A stretch of DNA of 64,000 bases from Spirochaetia bacterium (GTDB lineage Bacteria; Spirochaetota; Spirochaetia; UBA9216). Shown here one piece after another: positions 52,042-61,149 of this stretch. Positions within the stretch are counted from its first letter, which is position 1. Each line of letters opens with the position of its first letter. The DNA lies in assembly GCA_965140585.1 (NCBI GenBank), contig OZ223272.1:493881-557880 (forward strand), in the 5' to 3' direction. Made by a program: the position numbers and the translations under genes. The notes beneath the pieces are model-generated. The model made no database searches. It saw only the letters and a list, made by a program, of their open reading frames with translations, and had not been told where the DNA came from.

Positions 52042-52482
52042 ATGAAAGTAATAATAGGAAACGATCACGGTGCAGTGGAACTTAAAAACAGGATTATTCT
52101 GCACCTTGAAAAAAAGGGATATGAGGTAGAAAACATCGGTGTCGATACTGCCGATTCGGTAGACTATCCCGATATGGCCGAAAAAGCCTGTACAAAATTC
52201 CTGGCAGGAGGTTATGACTACGGAATAGTATGCTGCGGAACCGGAATCGGAATATCAATTTCAGCAAACAAAATAAACGGAATACGCTGCGCTCTTCCCC
52301 AGGACTGCTTTGCATCACAGATGGCAAGAGAGCATAACAATGTCAACTTTATAGCCTTCGGCGGAAGAATCGAATACAAAGACAGCATTGAGGATATGCT
52401 TGATTCCTTTTTTGATAATAAATTCGAAGGCGACCGGCACCAGAAAAGGGTTGATAAAATCATGGCCCTTGAAAGCAGATAA
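52042..52482 (+). CDS. rpiB: Ribose 5-phosphate isomerase B
   Basis: GNDHGA, DYPD, CGTGIGISISANK, AREHNN, F.G.RH. Confidence 0.95.
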   Translation: MKVIIGNDHGAVELKNRIILHLEKKGYEVENIGVDTADSVDYPDMAEKACTKFLAGGYDYGIVCCGTGIGISISANKINGIRCALPQDCFASQMAREHNNVNFIAFGGRIEYKDSIEDMLDSFFDNKFEGDRHQKRVDKIMALESR

Positions 52483-52507
52483 TACTGCCTGAACAATAGC
52501 CTTATCT

Positions 52508-52565
52508 AAAAAACCGGAACAGTGAATGAAGCTCCTGCCCTGGAGGTTTCACTTTCCGGTTTTTC
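52508..52565. terminator. Bidirectional terminator between rpiB and eda
   Basis: AAAAAACCGGAA...GAAGCTCC-TGCCCT-GGAGGTTTC...TTCCGGTTTTTT; A run on the left and T run on the right. Confidence 0.75.
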
Positions 52566-52581
52566 TGCCTTTTGTGGTGTT

Positions 52582-53217
52582 TTATTTTTTTAGTGTTTTT
52601 ATAAGCTTCACAGCTTCTGAAGTGAGCCTTGTTATTTCATCGAACTTACCGCTTGAAATGAGCTCGGCTTTTACCATCCAGCTGCCTCCGCATGCAAGGA
52701 TTTTGTCATACGCAAGGTAGTCCAGCAGATTCGAAGAATCTATTCCGCCGGTAGGCATATATTTCACGTCATAAACTGCACCCATTGCTTTCAACATTTT
52801 GAGACCGCCCGCAGCCTCTGCCGGAAAGAATTTCAGCACTTCAAGTCCGCGGCTCAGCCCCATCTCAACCTGTGTCGGATTTGTAACGCCCGGAACAACA
52901 GGAATCTGCCGTGAAATACAGTAATCCACAACCTCGGGATTAAATCCGGGAGATACAATAAATGAGGCTCCTGCATTTATTGCCTTCTCTACATTCTTGA
53001 CATTCAGAACAGTTCCGGCCCCGATAAGCATATCCTTATGCTCCCGAACCATGAGGCTGATAGCCTCTTCTGCAGCAGCAGTTCTGAATGTAACCTCGGC
53101 AACCGGAAGCCCCCCGTCTTTCAGGGCCTGGCCCAGACTGACCGCATCAGCGGCATTTTCTATTTTTACAACCGGCACAAGTTTCAGTTCTGATATCCGA
53201 TTAAATAAATTATCCAT
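52582..53217 (-). CDS. eda: KHG/KDPG aldolase
   Basis: AEVTFRT, IGAGTV, FIVSPG, LKFFPA, PTGGI, ACGGSW; AGGAG RBS. Confidence 0.95.
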   Translation of the reverse strand: MDNLFNRISELKLVPVVKIENAADAVSLGQALKDGGLPVAEVTFRTAAAEEAISLMVREHKDMLIGAGTVLNVKNVEKAINAGASFIVSPGFNPEVVDYCISRQIPVVPGVTNPTQVEMGLSRGLEVLKFFPAEAAGGLKMLKAMGAVYDVKYMPTGGIDSSNLLDYLAYDKILACGGSWMVKAELISSGKFDEITRLTSEAVKLIKTLKK

Positions 53218-53317
53218 AATTTCAGCTTCTCCTTGCACTTACATTACTTAAAAGAATTCAATTTTTCAACAGAACATACGCTGCCGGAGCTCTGCCGACC
53301 ATTTTTTCTCAGTGATT

Positions 53318-53334
53318 GTCTCACATAGTGAAAC
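53318..53334. promoter_or_regulatory. IclR-type palindromic operator upstream of eda
   Basis: GTCTCAC-ATA-GTGAAAC; the 11-bp core TCACATAGTGA is identical to that at 21852-21862. Confidence 0.6.
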
Positions 53335-53452
53335 TGTGATAGAAGTCGGTCAAACCCGTACAGTCCGGAATTTTTATTCAGCCCGGTGTTGTTTTTCTGG
53401 GGATATCGGTTATCCTGTAATCAGGATAAAAATTAAACCCAAGGAGAAAAAC

Positions 53453-54001
53453 ATGACCCTGATAATTTTAGCAGCACTGGTCATTTTAATCGCAATAATA
53501 ATCACAGCAGTATATAACAGCTTTGTAGGAATCAGAAACAAGGCTGAGGAAGCGTTTGCGACGATGGATGCATACCTGAAAAAAAGATGGGATCTGATTC
53601 CCAACCTTGTCGAGACAGTCAAAGGATATGCAGCCCATGAAAAAGAAACCCTTGAGGCGGTCATAAATGCAAGAAACATGGCAGTCAGCTCCAGCAACCT
53701 GGGCGAACTCAAACAGAACGAACAGGCTCTTTCCGCCGGCCTGAAAAGCTTGTTTGCACTAAGCGAAAGCTACCCCGACCTAAAGGCCAATGAAAACTTT
53801 ATAAATCTTCAGAACCAGCTTCAGGCTGTTGAAAACGACATCCTGCAGGCAAGAAAATATTACAATGCAGTGGTAAGGCAGTACAACACTAAGAAAGAAC
53901 TCTTTCCCCAGTCATTGATTGCATCGATGATGCACCTGGAAAAGAAGGAATATTTTGACATAGATGAGTCCGAGCGCGGCAGCGTAAAGGTATCATTCTG
54001 A
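53453..54001 (+). CDS. lemA: LemA family protein
   Basis: YN.FV, LKKRWDLIPNLVETVKGYAAHE, E.YPDLKANENF, ARKYYN; AAGGAG RBS. Confidence 0.94.
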   Translation: MTLIILAALVILIAIIITAVYNSFVGIRNKAEEAFATMDAYLKKRWDLIPNLVETVKGYAAHEKETLEAVINARNMAVSSSNLGELKQNEQALSAGLKSLFALSESYPDLKANENFINLQNQLQAVENDILQARKYYNAVVRQYNTKKELFPQSLIASMMHLEKKEYFDIDESERGSVKVSF

Positions 54002-55896
54002 TGAAAATATCACTGCCCCTGAAAAGACTTGCACTTACAGTACTTTTATTAACAGCGGTTCTGCTGCCGCTCACTGCAGATGAATTCTTCATCATTGACC
54101 ATTATTACATTGACATCCGGGCAAATGAGAACAATTCCTATGATATCACCGAGATCATCGATGTCGAGTTCCAGGCGGAACGGCACGGTATCTACCGGAA
54201 TATTCCGCGCTCCACATATGACGGCCATCCGGTAAAGATTTCAGACATAAATGTAGAAGGCTTTCAGAGTAAAACAAAAAGATCGGGTAAAGATCTGGTC
54301 ATCCGAATAGGTTCTGCAGACAGCTATGTTAATGGACTGCAGAAGTATGAAATAAGCTATAGCTATGATATAGGCGATGACCGCAACCCGGACATGGATG
54401 AGCTCTACTATAATCTGATCGGCGCTCAATGGGACACCATAATCAAGGAAGCAGAATTCCGTATTGAGATGCCCTTTGATTTTGATAAAAGCCGGCTTAA
54501 TTTCACTACCGGCCCAATAGGCAGTACTGATAATTCAAATGTGGAATGGAAGGTCAGCGGCAAAGTCATTACCGGCAGAACAAAGTCAATGCTCGACTAC
54601 TACGATGGACTTACCGTTGCCCTCTCGCTCCCTGAAGGTTACTGGGAGAATCCGGTCCACCATATTGATTTCAAGAAACTGTTTTTCACTATCTTCGGAC
54701 TGCCGCTTCAGGCTCTGGTAATAATCCTCACCGGGCTTCTGTGGTTTTTTAAGGGCCGCGACAACAAGCTCTATCCATCGGTTGAATTCGACGCTCCGGA
54801 GGGTCTGACTCCTGCAGAAATCGGCTATATCATAGACGGCAGCGTTGACAGTAAGGATGTAACAGCACTCCTGATTTACTGGGCGGACAGGGGATACATC
54901 GAGATTGAAGATAAAACAAGCGGTGAGGGCCTTTTTGCCAAAAAAAACATGCTGATCACAAAGAATAAGGAGCTCGGAAGCGAAGCATACTCATATGAGA
55001 AATACATGTTCAAGAAGCTGTTTAAAACATACGGCGATGGAAGCTCGGTAGAAACGAAAGACCTCGTCAATAAATTCTATTCAACTGTAAATGAAACAGG
55101 CCGCAGGGTTAAAAAGAGCTTCACAGATAATAAGGAAAGGCGTATTTATGAAAAGAAGACCGGAAAATACACCTTCCTCGGCGGGTTGCTGGCCGCCCTG
55201 CCTGTAATAATAATGACGGTTCAGGGTTTCTCGGGGCTTTCAGGCACAGGAGGCCCTCCGTCGGTGTTAGGAATACCTTTCAGCATGTTCATCCTTATTC
55301 CGGCTTTTCTTATAAGTTCCGCGATTGTTCCATCAGCCGGAGCATCCGGGAGTATGAGAAGATCATCATTATTTTTCGGGCTTATCTTCGGGATTATCTC
55401 CCACAGCATATTTCTGTTCATCATGGTATTCGAGGGTCGTGTTCCACTTGAAGTCTTTATTGGCGCTGTACTCAGCTGTTACATTTCAGCAGTATTCGTT
55501 CATCTAATGCCTAAAAGAACAAAACGCGGTGACGAGATCCTCGAAAAGGTTCTTGGATTCAGGGAATTTATAAAAACGGCGGAAAAGGAAAAGCTTGAGA
55601 CTATGTTTGAAAGCAATCCGGAATACTACTACAATATTCTACCCTACGCCCTAGTATTCGGACTCACCAGGAAATGGGCAGAACATTTTGAAGGGATGAC
55701 AATCGAGCCCCCTACATGGTACCATAGCTACAGAAAAACTTCGTTTTCACCGGTTGGGTTTGCAGATAATCTTCAGACAGGATTCAACACTCTCAACAGC
55801 TCGATGAATTCCTCTCCTTCCTCATCTGGAGGAGGCAGTTCATCAGGGGGCTCATCGGGAGGCGGTTCCGGCGGCGGAGGCGGAGGAAGCTGGTAG
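54001..55896 (+). CDS. DUF2207 family membrane protein
   Basis: HGIYRNIP, DELYYNLIG, LPYALVFG and a C-terminal Ser/Gly tail GGGGGGSW; usual partner of lemA. Confidence 0.9.
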   Translation: MKISLPLKRLALTVLLLTAVLLPLTADEFFIIDHYYIDIRANENNSYDITEIIDVEFQAERHGIYRNIPRSTYDGHPVKISDINVEGFQSKTKRSGKDLVIRIGSADSYVNGLQKYEISYSYDIGDDRNPDMDELYYNLIGAQWDTIIKEAEFRIEMPFDFDKSRLNFTTGPIGSTDNSNVEWKVSGKVITGRTKSMLDYYDGLTVALSLPEGYWENPVHHIDFKKLFFTIFGLPLQALVIILTGLLWFFKGRDNKLYPSVEFDAPEGLTPAEIGYIIDGSVDSKDVTALLIYWADRGYIEIEDKTSGEGLFAKKNMLITKNKELGSEAYSYEKYMFKKLFKTYGDGSSVETKDLVNKFYSTVNETGRRVKKSFTDNKERRIYEKKTGKYTFLGGLLAALPVIIMTVQGFSGLSGTGGPPSVLGIPFSMFILIPAFLISSAIVPSAGASGSMRRSSLFFGLIFGIISHSIFLFIMVFEGRVPLEVFIGAVLSCYISAVFVHLMPKRTKRGDEILEKVLGFREFIKTAEKEKLETMFESNPEYYYNILPYALVFGLTRKWAEHFEGMTIEPPTWYHSYRKTSFSPVGFADNLQTGFNTLNSSMNSSPSSSGGGSSSGGSSGGGSGGGGGGSW

Positions 55897-55903
55897 GAAT
55901 AAA

Positions 55904-56734
55904 ATGAGCATAATTAAACTTGTAGCATGCGATATGGACGGAACCCTGCTGAACAGCAGCAAACATATATCAGAGGGCAATATCGCCGCAGTAAAAAAAC
56001 TTGAAAAAGCCGGAGTTCAGTTTGTAATTGCAACCGGACGGCATGATTCGATGATCAGGCACTATATTGATGAACTTGAGATCGATATGCCGGTAATTTC
56101 CTGCAACGGGGCAATAGTCCGGAACCCGGTCTCAAAGCAGAGATACGGAGCCCGGCCGCTGACTAAAGAACAGACAGAATCAATTATCGAAATATCCAGA
56201 GAATATGGAACTGATTTCCATATCTATGCTGACAATACGATCTACGGAAAGAGCGCCACAAACAAAATACTGCTTTACCAGAAACTGAATGCCGGCCTTC
56301 CCGAAGATCGCCGCGTAAAAATGTTCGTTGACCCGGATTACACAAACTTTATCAGAAACACTGAAGAAGATCTTTTTAAAGTTCTTGTAATTCCCGAAGA
56401 CCTCTCCATGATGGATGAAATAAAACAGAAGATAGAGGCAGAATGCGGAGTACAGGTTACACGATCAGACTATAACCTGCTTGATATCATGCAGAGCGGA
56501 ATAACCAAGGAAGAAGGGTTGAAAACACTTTGCGGAGCTCTTGGTATTGGAATTGAAGAAGCTGCTGTTATCGGTGATGAGTTCAATGATCTTGAAATGT
56601 TCAGGGGCGCCGGAACTTCAATTGCTGTCGCAAATGCGATTGATCTGATCAAGGAAGCTGCCAGCTTTGTAACAGAGGCCGACAACAACCATGACGGGGT
56701 TGCTGAAGCTATATCGATTATCTTAAAGCAGTAG
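55904..56734 (+). CDS. Cof-type HAD-IIB hydrolase
   Basis: DMDGTLL, ATGR, NGA, K..G, GD..ND..M, DGVA. Confidence 0.93.
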   Translation: MSIIKLVACDMDGTLLNSSKHISEGNIAAVKKLEKAGVQFVIATGRHDSMIRHYIDELEIDMPVISCNGAIVRNPVSKQRYGARPLTKEQTESIIEISREYGTDFHIYADNTIYGKSATNKILLYQKLNAGLPEDRRVKMFVDPDYTNFIRNTEEDLFKVLVIPEDLSMMDEIKQKIEAECGVQVTRSDYNLLDIMQSGITKEEGLKTLCGALGIGIEEAAVIGDEFNDLEMFRGAGTSIAVANAIDLIKEAASFVTEADNNHDGVAEAISIILKQ

Positions 56735-56736
56735 TA

Positions 56737-57102
56737 TCAGCCGAATACTTTCTCAAGTGCTGATTCAAGAATAGAGTCCTTTACAGGCTTAAGCAGGTAA
56801 TCCACCGGCTCAACCTTCATGGCCCTACTTTTCATATCCTCACTTGAGTAGGCTGTAAGATAGATTACAGGAGTATCGCGAATCAGACGGACCCTTGTAG
56901 CGGCATCAACACCGTCTATAAAACTGTCCAGTCTGATATCCATAATGATTAGGTCAGGACTGTGCCGAAGCACCGCCTGTATAACTTCATTACCGTCTGC
57001 TATGATTTCAGGTACATTGTAGCCCATGGCTTCAAGCCGCTCTTTTAACGCAAGCCCCTCAATTGGTTCGTCCTCGACAACGAGGATCTTGTGCTGATTC
57101 AT
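56737..57102 (-). CDS. Single-domain response regulator
   Basis: ILVVEDE, DLIIMDI, IYLTAY, YLLKP. Confidence 0.93.
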   Translation of the reverse strand: MNQHKILVVEDEPIEGLALKERLEAMGYNVPEIIADGNEVIQAVLRHSPDLIIMDIRLDSFIDGVDAATRVRLIRDTPVIYLTAYSSEDMKSRAMKVEPVDYLLKPVKDSILESALEKVFG

Positions 57103-57143
57103 AGTACAAATTATATTTCATAACTGTAAAAATATCTACAATT

Positions 57144-58181
57144 ATGCTAAGGTTATACATGCTGCTTAATTTCAAGGGAAATACGCTGCTTCTTAAATTT
57201 CACAAGAAACTCTTTGCTGATCACCCTCTGAATTCAACAGTAATCGGCTATCTCATCTATGCTGCGGCAATGCTGCTGTTAGTCAATCACCTTGGTGTTT
57301 CAAGCAACTTTATAATAATCATCCCCCTTATTTCGGCAGCACTTGCATACGGACTGCCGGGCGGAGCAATAGCAGGAGCAACAGGACTTCCGCTTAACCT
57401 GCTGTTTTTCAACATGTTCGGAAGCATGGAATACGCCCCGGCAAGCTTATTTGTTACTGAAATTTCAGGAATTATACTCGGCACAGCCATAGGATACCTC
57501 TCCGAATACTTCCGGACTATTGATAACGCGCGAAAAGAACTGGCAGAAGCGCTTGAATCAAATCAGCTGCTTCTAAACGAGCTTAACCACCGTGTAAAGA
57601 ACAATCTGAACATCATCAAGGATCTGCTTCAGCTTCAGCTCACCCGATCAGAGAGTCCAGAGTTCATTGAAGAGGGAAAGAAAATTATCGAGCGCGTGCA
57701 CAGCATAGCCTTAACACATGAGTTTCTGCACTCCAGGGATCAGTCACTGAAATCAAACATTGACAATTTCATCCGTGAACTGATTAATAATATTACTGAA
57801 ATCTACGACACAAAGAACGTAAACATTGAGTCGGATATTCATACCGGTAATCTTGCACTATCAAATAAACAGCTGACATTTTTAGGTCTTATTATAAATG
57901 AGGTTATATGCAACTCATTAAAGTATGCTGCCTCGGAAGATAATGAGCTGAAGCTGAATATCGCTATTTTTATCGAGAGCTCATATCTGCAGCTCAGAAT
58001 CCAGGATAACGGACCCGGTTTTTCTCAGGATGAACTTGTAGGAAACAAGGGACTTGGCCTTCTGCTGATTAGTTCTATAAGCAGGACGCTGAAGGCTGAA
58101 TACTCATTTAAGCAGGACAGCGGATGTCTTTTCGAGCTGAGTTTTAATCTAAGCGGCGGAAGCAGGGCGGATGATGAATGA
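57144..58181 (+). CDS. Membrane sensor histidine kinase (HisKA_2)
   Basis: TM N-terminus; ELNHRVKNNL, NEVICNSLKYA, DNGPG, GLGL; exact start uncertain. Confidence 0.88.
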   Translation: MLRLYMLLNFKGNTLLLKFHKKLFADHPLNSTVIGYLIYAAAMLLLVNHLGVSSNFIIIIPLISAALAYGLPGGAIAGATGLPLNLLFFNMFGSMEYAPASLFVTEISGIILGTAIGYLSEYFRTIDNARKELAEALESNQLLLNELNHRVKNNLNIIKDLLQLQLTRSESPEFIEEGKKIIERVHSIALTHEFLHSRDQSLKSNIDNFIRELINNITEIYDTKNVNIESDIHTGNLALSNKQLTFLGLIINEVICNSLKYAASEDNELKLNIAIFIESSYLQLRIQDNGPGFSQDELVGNKGLGLLLISSISRTLKAEYSFKQDSGCLFELSFNLSGGSRADDE

Positions 58182-59746
58182 ATAAAACCATTATCCGTAT
58201 TCTCGCGGTTGTCCTGGGGCTAGCGGTCTTCCTGGTACTGAAAATAACACTGAATGAAATAATTAAACCGGAGGGTTTAATCCTTGCAGAGGGGTGGACG
58301 CTGATTGAAGAATCCGGAACAAAAAAAGTCAATCTGCCCGATTTCCACAGAATAAAAAAAGCCGGAACAGTCCGGTACAGAACAAGCTTCACCTACAGCC
58401 GGGATGAAGATTTAACACTGATGCTGCTGCGAGTACCCGGAAATTCACTCCGGGTTTTTATGAACGGCACCCTACTGGGGCAGATTGGAACACCCGACGA
58501 CAGCAGCTCAAAATTTAAAAACTATGCATTTACGGTAAGACTTCCGTCGCAGAACAAGAAACAGAATATCCTTGAAATTGAACAGACGGTAGATTTCGTT
58601 CAGGGGTTTCCTATTCCGCCCTTTGTCATTCCTTCGTCTGATGCAGTATACCGAAAAGGTCTGATTAATTTTATATACGACAGCCTGCTTCAGTTTTTCA
58701 TCGGTGGCGTAATAACCATAGGGATTATTCTTATTGGTGTATATTACAAAACCGGCAAAAAGCTTAGAGCTTATCTGTTTATAGGCCTTGGCTCAGCACT
58801 TTCAGCTGTGTACTGTCTTGATTTTCTTCACTTTGACACACTGTTCACATCATCAATCCTGCTTAACCTGAGCAAGATCTTCTTCATAAGCGGTTTTATA
58901 GCATGCAACCTTTTTGTTCTGGGACTGAACATACTTACATATAATTCCAGATTCATAAGAGTTCTGCAGTATCCGTTTATGATTATTACTGCGACAGCCT
59001 TTATATTCAGTCCAGACAGACACATTCTTGATTTTTTTCTTCAGATTCTGAACGGACTGCTTCTTATTGATGTTGTGATTATTGCCATAATGGGGCTGAA
59101 CCTCTTAAAGAAAAGCAGTGTGATGCTGATACCTGCAATAGTTGTAGCTTCAACGCTATTTGATGCTGTCTATATAACCTTCACAACAACCCCGAGTCCG
59201 TTCATTATTCAATACGGTATTGCCTTCTCAACACTTTTCTTCTGCGCAGATCTTATTTTAAATTACTCGAAATTATGCTCAGAAAATACAGTGCTGTTCA
59301 CCTCGGCGCATAAGGATGCTCTGACAAATGCCTATAACCGGAAGGTTCTTGATCAGCTGAAACCTTCATCCTTTGATACAGCGGCAGTAGTTGATCTTGA
59401 TGATTTTAAAACATACAACGATACATACGGGCATCTCAAAGGTGATGAGCTTCTTAAACACTTTGTAAAAACTGCAAACAAAAATTTCAGGGAATCAGAC
59501 ATCATAGTCAGACTGGGAGGAGATGAATTTCTCATCCTGCTTAAAGGTCCGGACAGTGTAGGAGCAGAGGCTATCATATCCAGAATCAGGGAAGAATTCA
59601 TGGAACTTCACAGTTACGGCTTCTCCTACGGAATAGCAAAAATGAGGGAATCAATCAGCCGGACTTTTGACATAGCCGATACGGAAATGTACCGGATGAA
59701 AAAATCTGTTAAAAATAAAATGGAAGGTCTTTTAAATGAAGAATAA
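58178..59746 (+). CDS. Membrane diguanylate cyclase (extracellular beta-sandwich, multi-TM, GGDEF)
   Basis: DALTNAYNR, DLDDFK.YND.YGH..GD, RESD I-site, RLGGDEF. Confidence 0.9.
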   Translation: MNKTIIRILAVVLGLAVFLVLKITLNEIIKPEGLILAEGWTLIEESGTKKVNLPDFHRIKKAGTVRYRTSFTYSRDEDLTLMLLRVPGNSLRVFMNGTLLGQIGTPDDSSSKFKNYAFTVRLPSQNKKQNILEIEQTVDFVQGFPIPPFVIPSSDAVYRKGLINFIYDSLLQFFIGGVITIGIILIGVYYKTGKKLRAYLFIGLGSALSAVYCLDFLHFDTLFTSSILLNLSKIFFISGFIACNLFVLGLNILTYNSRFIRVLQYPFMIITATAFIFSPDRHILDFFLQILNGLLLIDVVIIAIMGLNLLKKSSVMLIPAIVVASTLFDAVYITFTTTPSPFIIQYGIAFSTLFFCADLILNYSKLCSENTVLFTSAHKDALTNAYNRKVLDQLKPSSFDTAAVVDLDDFKTYNDTYGHLKGDELLKHFVKTANKNFRESDIIVRLGGDEFLILLKGPDSVGAEAIISRIREEFMELHSYGFSYGIAKMRESISRTFDIADTEMYRMKKSVKNKMEGLLNEE

Positions 59747-61133
59747 GTTCAGGATAGTATTTATCTCCGGAAAACTCGGAGATGTTGACGGAGTCTCACT
59801 TGAAGTTGAAAAATGGGTTGATGTACTTATAAAAGAGGGACACGAAATATATGCAATAGCAGGAAAATTCAGCTCCAACCTCAAAGCTGTTCCGGAAGAA
59901 AGACGACTCTGTATTGATGAAATTAGATTTGATTCTTCGCATCAGCATGAATACGAACATCTTTTCTTCCCATATCTCAACAAGTTTCAGACTTATATTT
60001 CAGAAGAAAAGCTTCATACAGCAATAGAGGAAATGAATCATAAAAGCAGCTATATCGCCGACAGCATTTTCGATTTTATCCAGCAAAATTCAATCGATGT
60101 ACTGGTTGCCCAGAATACAAATGCGATGCCGATGTCCCTGCTCAGCGGACTGGCAGTCTACAAGCTTTGCGGCGAAAAGCGAATTGCAACAATCTTTCAT
60201 CATCATGACTTCTGGTGGGAACGAAGCCGGTTCAGCAACAGCGCAATTGAAACTCTTCTTTCAAGAACAATGCCCCCGCAGGTACCGGGCGTAGAACACA
60301 TAGTTCTTTCAACCTATGCAGCGCATATCCTTCGCTCAATCAAAAGGGTACAGCCTCGGATTATTCCGAACTGTGAAGACTTTGAGAATCCTGTCGTCAG
60401 GGATGATTACAATCAGGATTTCAGAAAAGAACTCGGATTCAACGAGGATGACATCCTTGTCCTGCAGCCGACCCGGATAGTCCCACGGAAACACATAGAG
60501 GACTCAGTAAGGTTTGTCGGAAAGCTCGGAATGAGGTACCCCGAAATAAGAAGAAAGCTTCATCTTATAATCTCGCTGTATCAGGGAGACGAGCCTGATG
60601 AAAATTACATTGCACTAATCAAGAGTCTGGCAGAACAGTTTGAAGTTCCGCTTCATTTCATCTCAGACAGAGTTTCTTCCGCCCGCGGCAAAAACGAAAT
60701 GGGACAGAAGCTGTACACCAACCGTGATGTTCTGGCCAACGCAGATTTTGTAACATATCTGCCGGTCTGGGAAGGATTCGGTAATGCCTTCCTGGAAGCA
60801 GTAGCAGCAAGGGTTCCGGTTGTGGTTACCACATATCTGGTTTATAAAACCGACATCAGAAACCGGGATTTCAAGACAATTGAAATAACCGATAACTATG
60901 ATGATAACAATCAGCTGATCATTCCGGATCGGGCGCTTGATAAAATTTACGACATCATTACGAATCCTGCTAAAAAAGAAAAAATGGTTAACCATAACTT
61001 TGATGTGGGAGAACGCTTTTTCAGCTATGAAACCCTTAAAGACTGCCTTCTTAAACTGTTTGATGATTACTCATACGAGATTCTGGCTAACAGAAAGAGA
61101 ATTCAGAAAAGCCGGGCAGAATTTTCTGTTTAG
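59736..61133 (+). CDS. Glycosyltransferase family 4 (mannosylglucosylglycerate-synthase-like)
   Basis: DGVSLEVEKW, HHHDFWWER, QPTRIVPRKHIE, WEGFGNAFLEA. Confidence 0.85.
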   Translation: MKNKFRIVFISGKLGDVDGVSLEVEKWVDVLIKEGHEIYAIAGKFSSNLKAVPEERRLCIDEIRFDSSHQHEYEHLFFPYLNKFQTYISEEKLHTAIEEMNHKSSYIADSIFDFIQQNSIDVLVAQNTNAMPMSLLSGLAVYKLCGEKRIATIFHHHDFWWERSRFSNSAIETLLSRTMPPQVPGVEHIVLSTYAAHILRSIKRVQPRIIPNCEDFENPVVRDDYNQDFRKELGFNEDDILVLQPTRIVPRKHIEDSVRFVGKLGMRYPEIRRKLHLIISLYQGDEPDENYIALIKSLAEQFEVPLHFISDRVSSARGKNEMGQKLYTNRDVLANADFVTYLPVWEGFGNAFLEAVAARVPVVVTTYLVYKTDIRNRDFKTIEITDNYDDNNQLIIPDRALDKIYDIITNPAKKEKMVNHNFDVGERFFSYETLKDCLLKLFDDYSYEILANRKRIQKSRAEFSV

Positions 61134-61149
61134 CCTACGGACAGCCTGA

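Noticed and set aside
53453-55896. lemA-DUF2207 pair and its Gly/Ser low-complexity tail
   Set aside because: This is a widespread known pairing, and the tail is a normal coding feature of the family.
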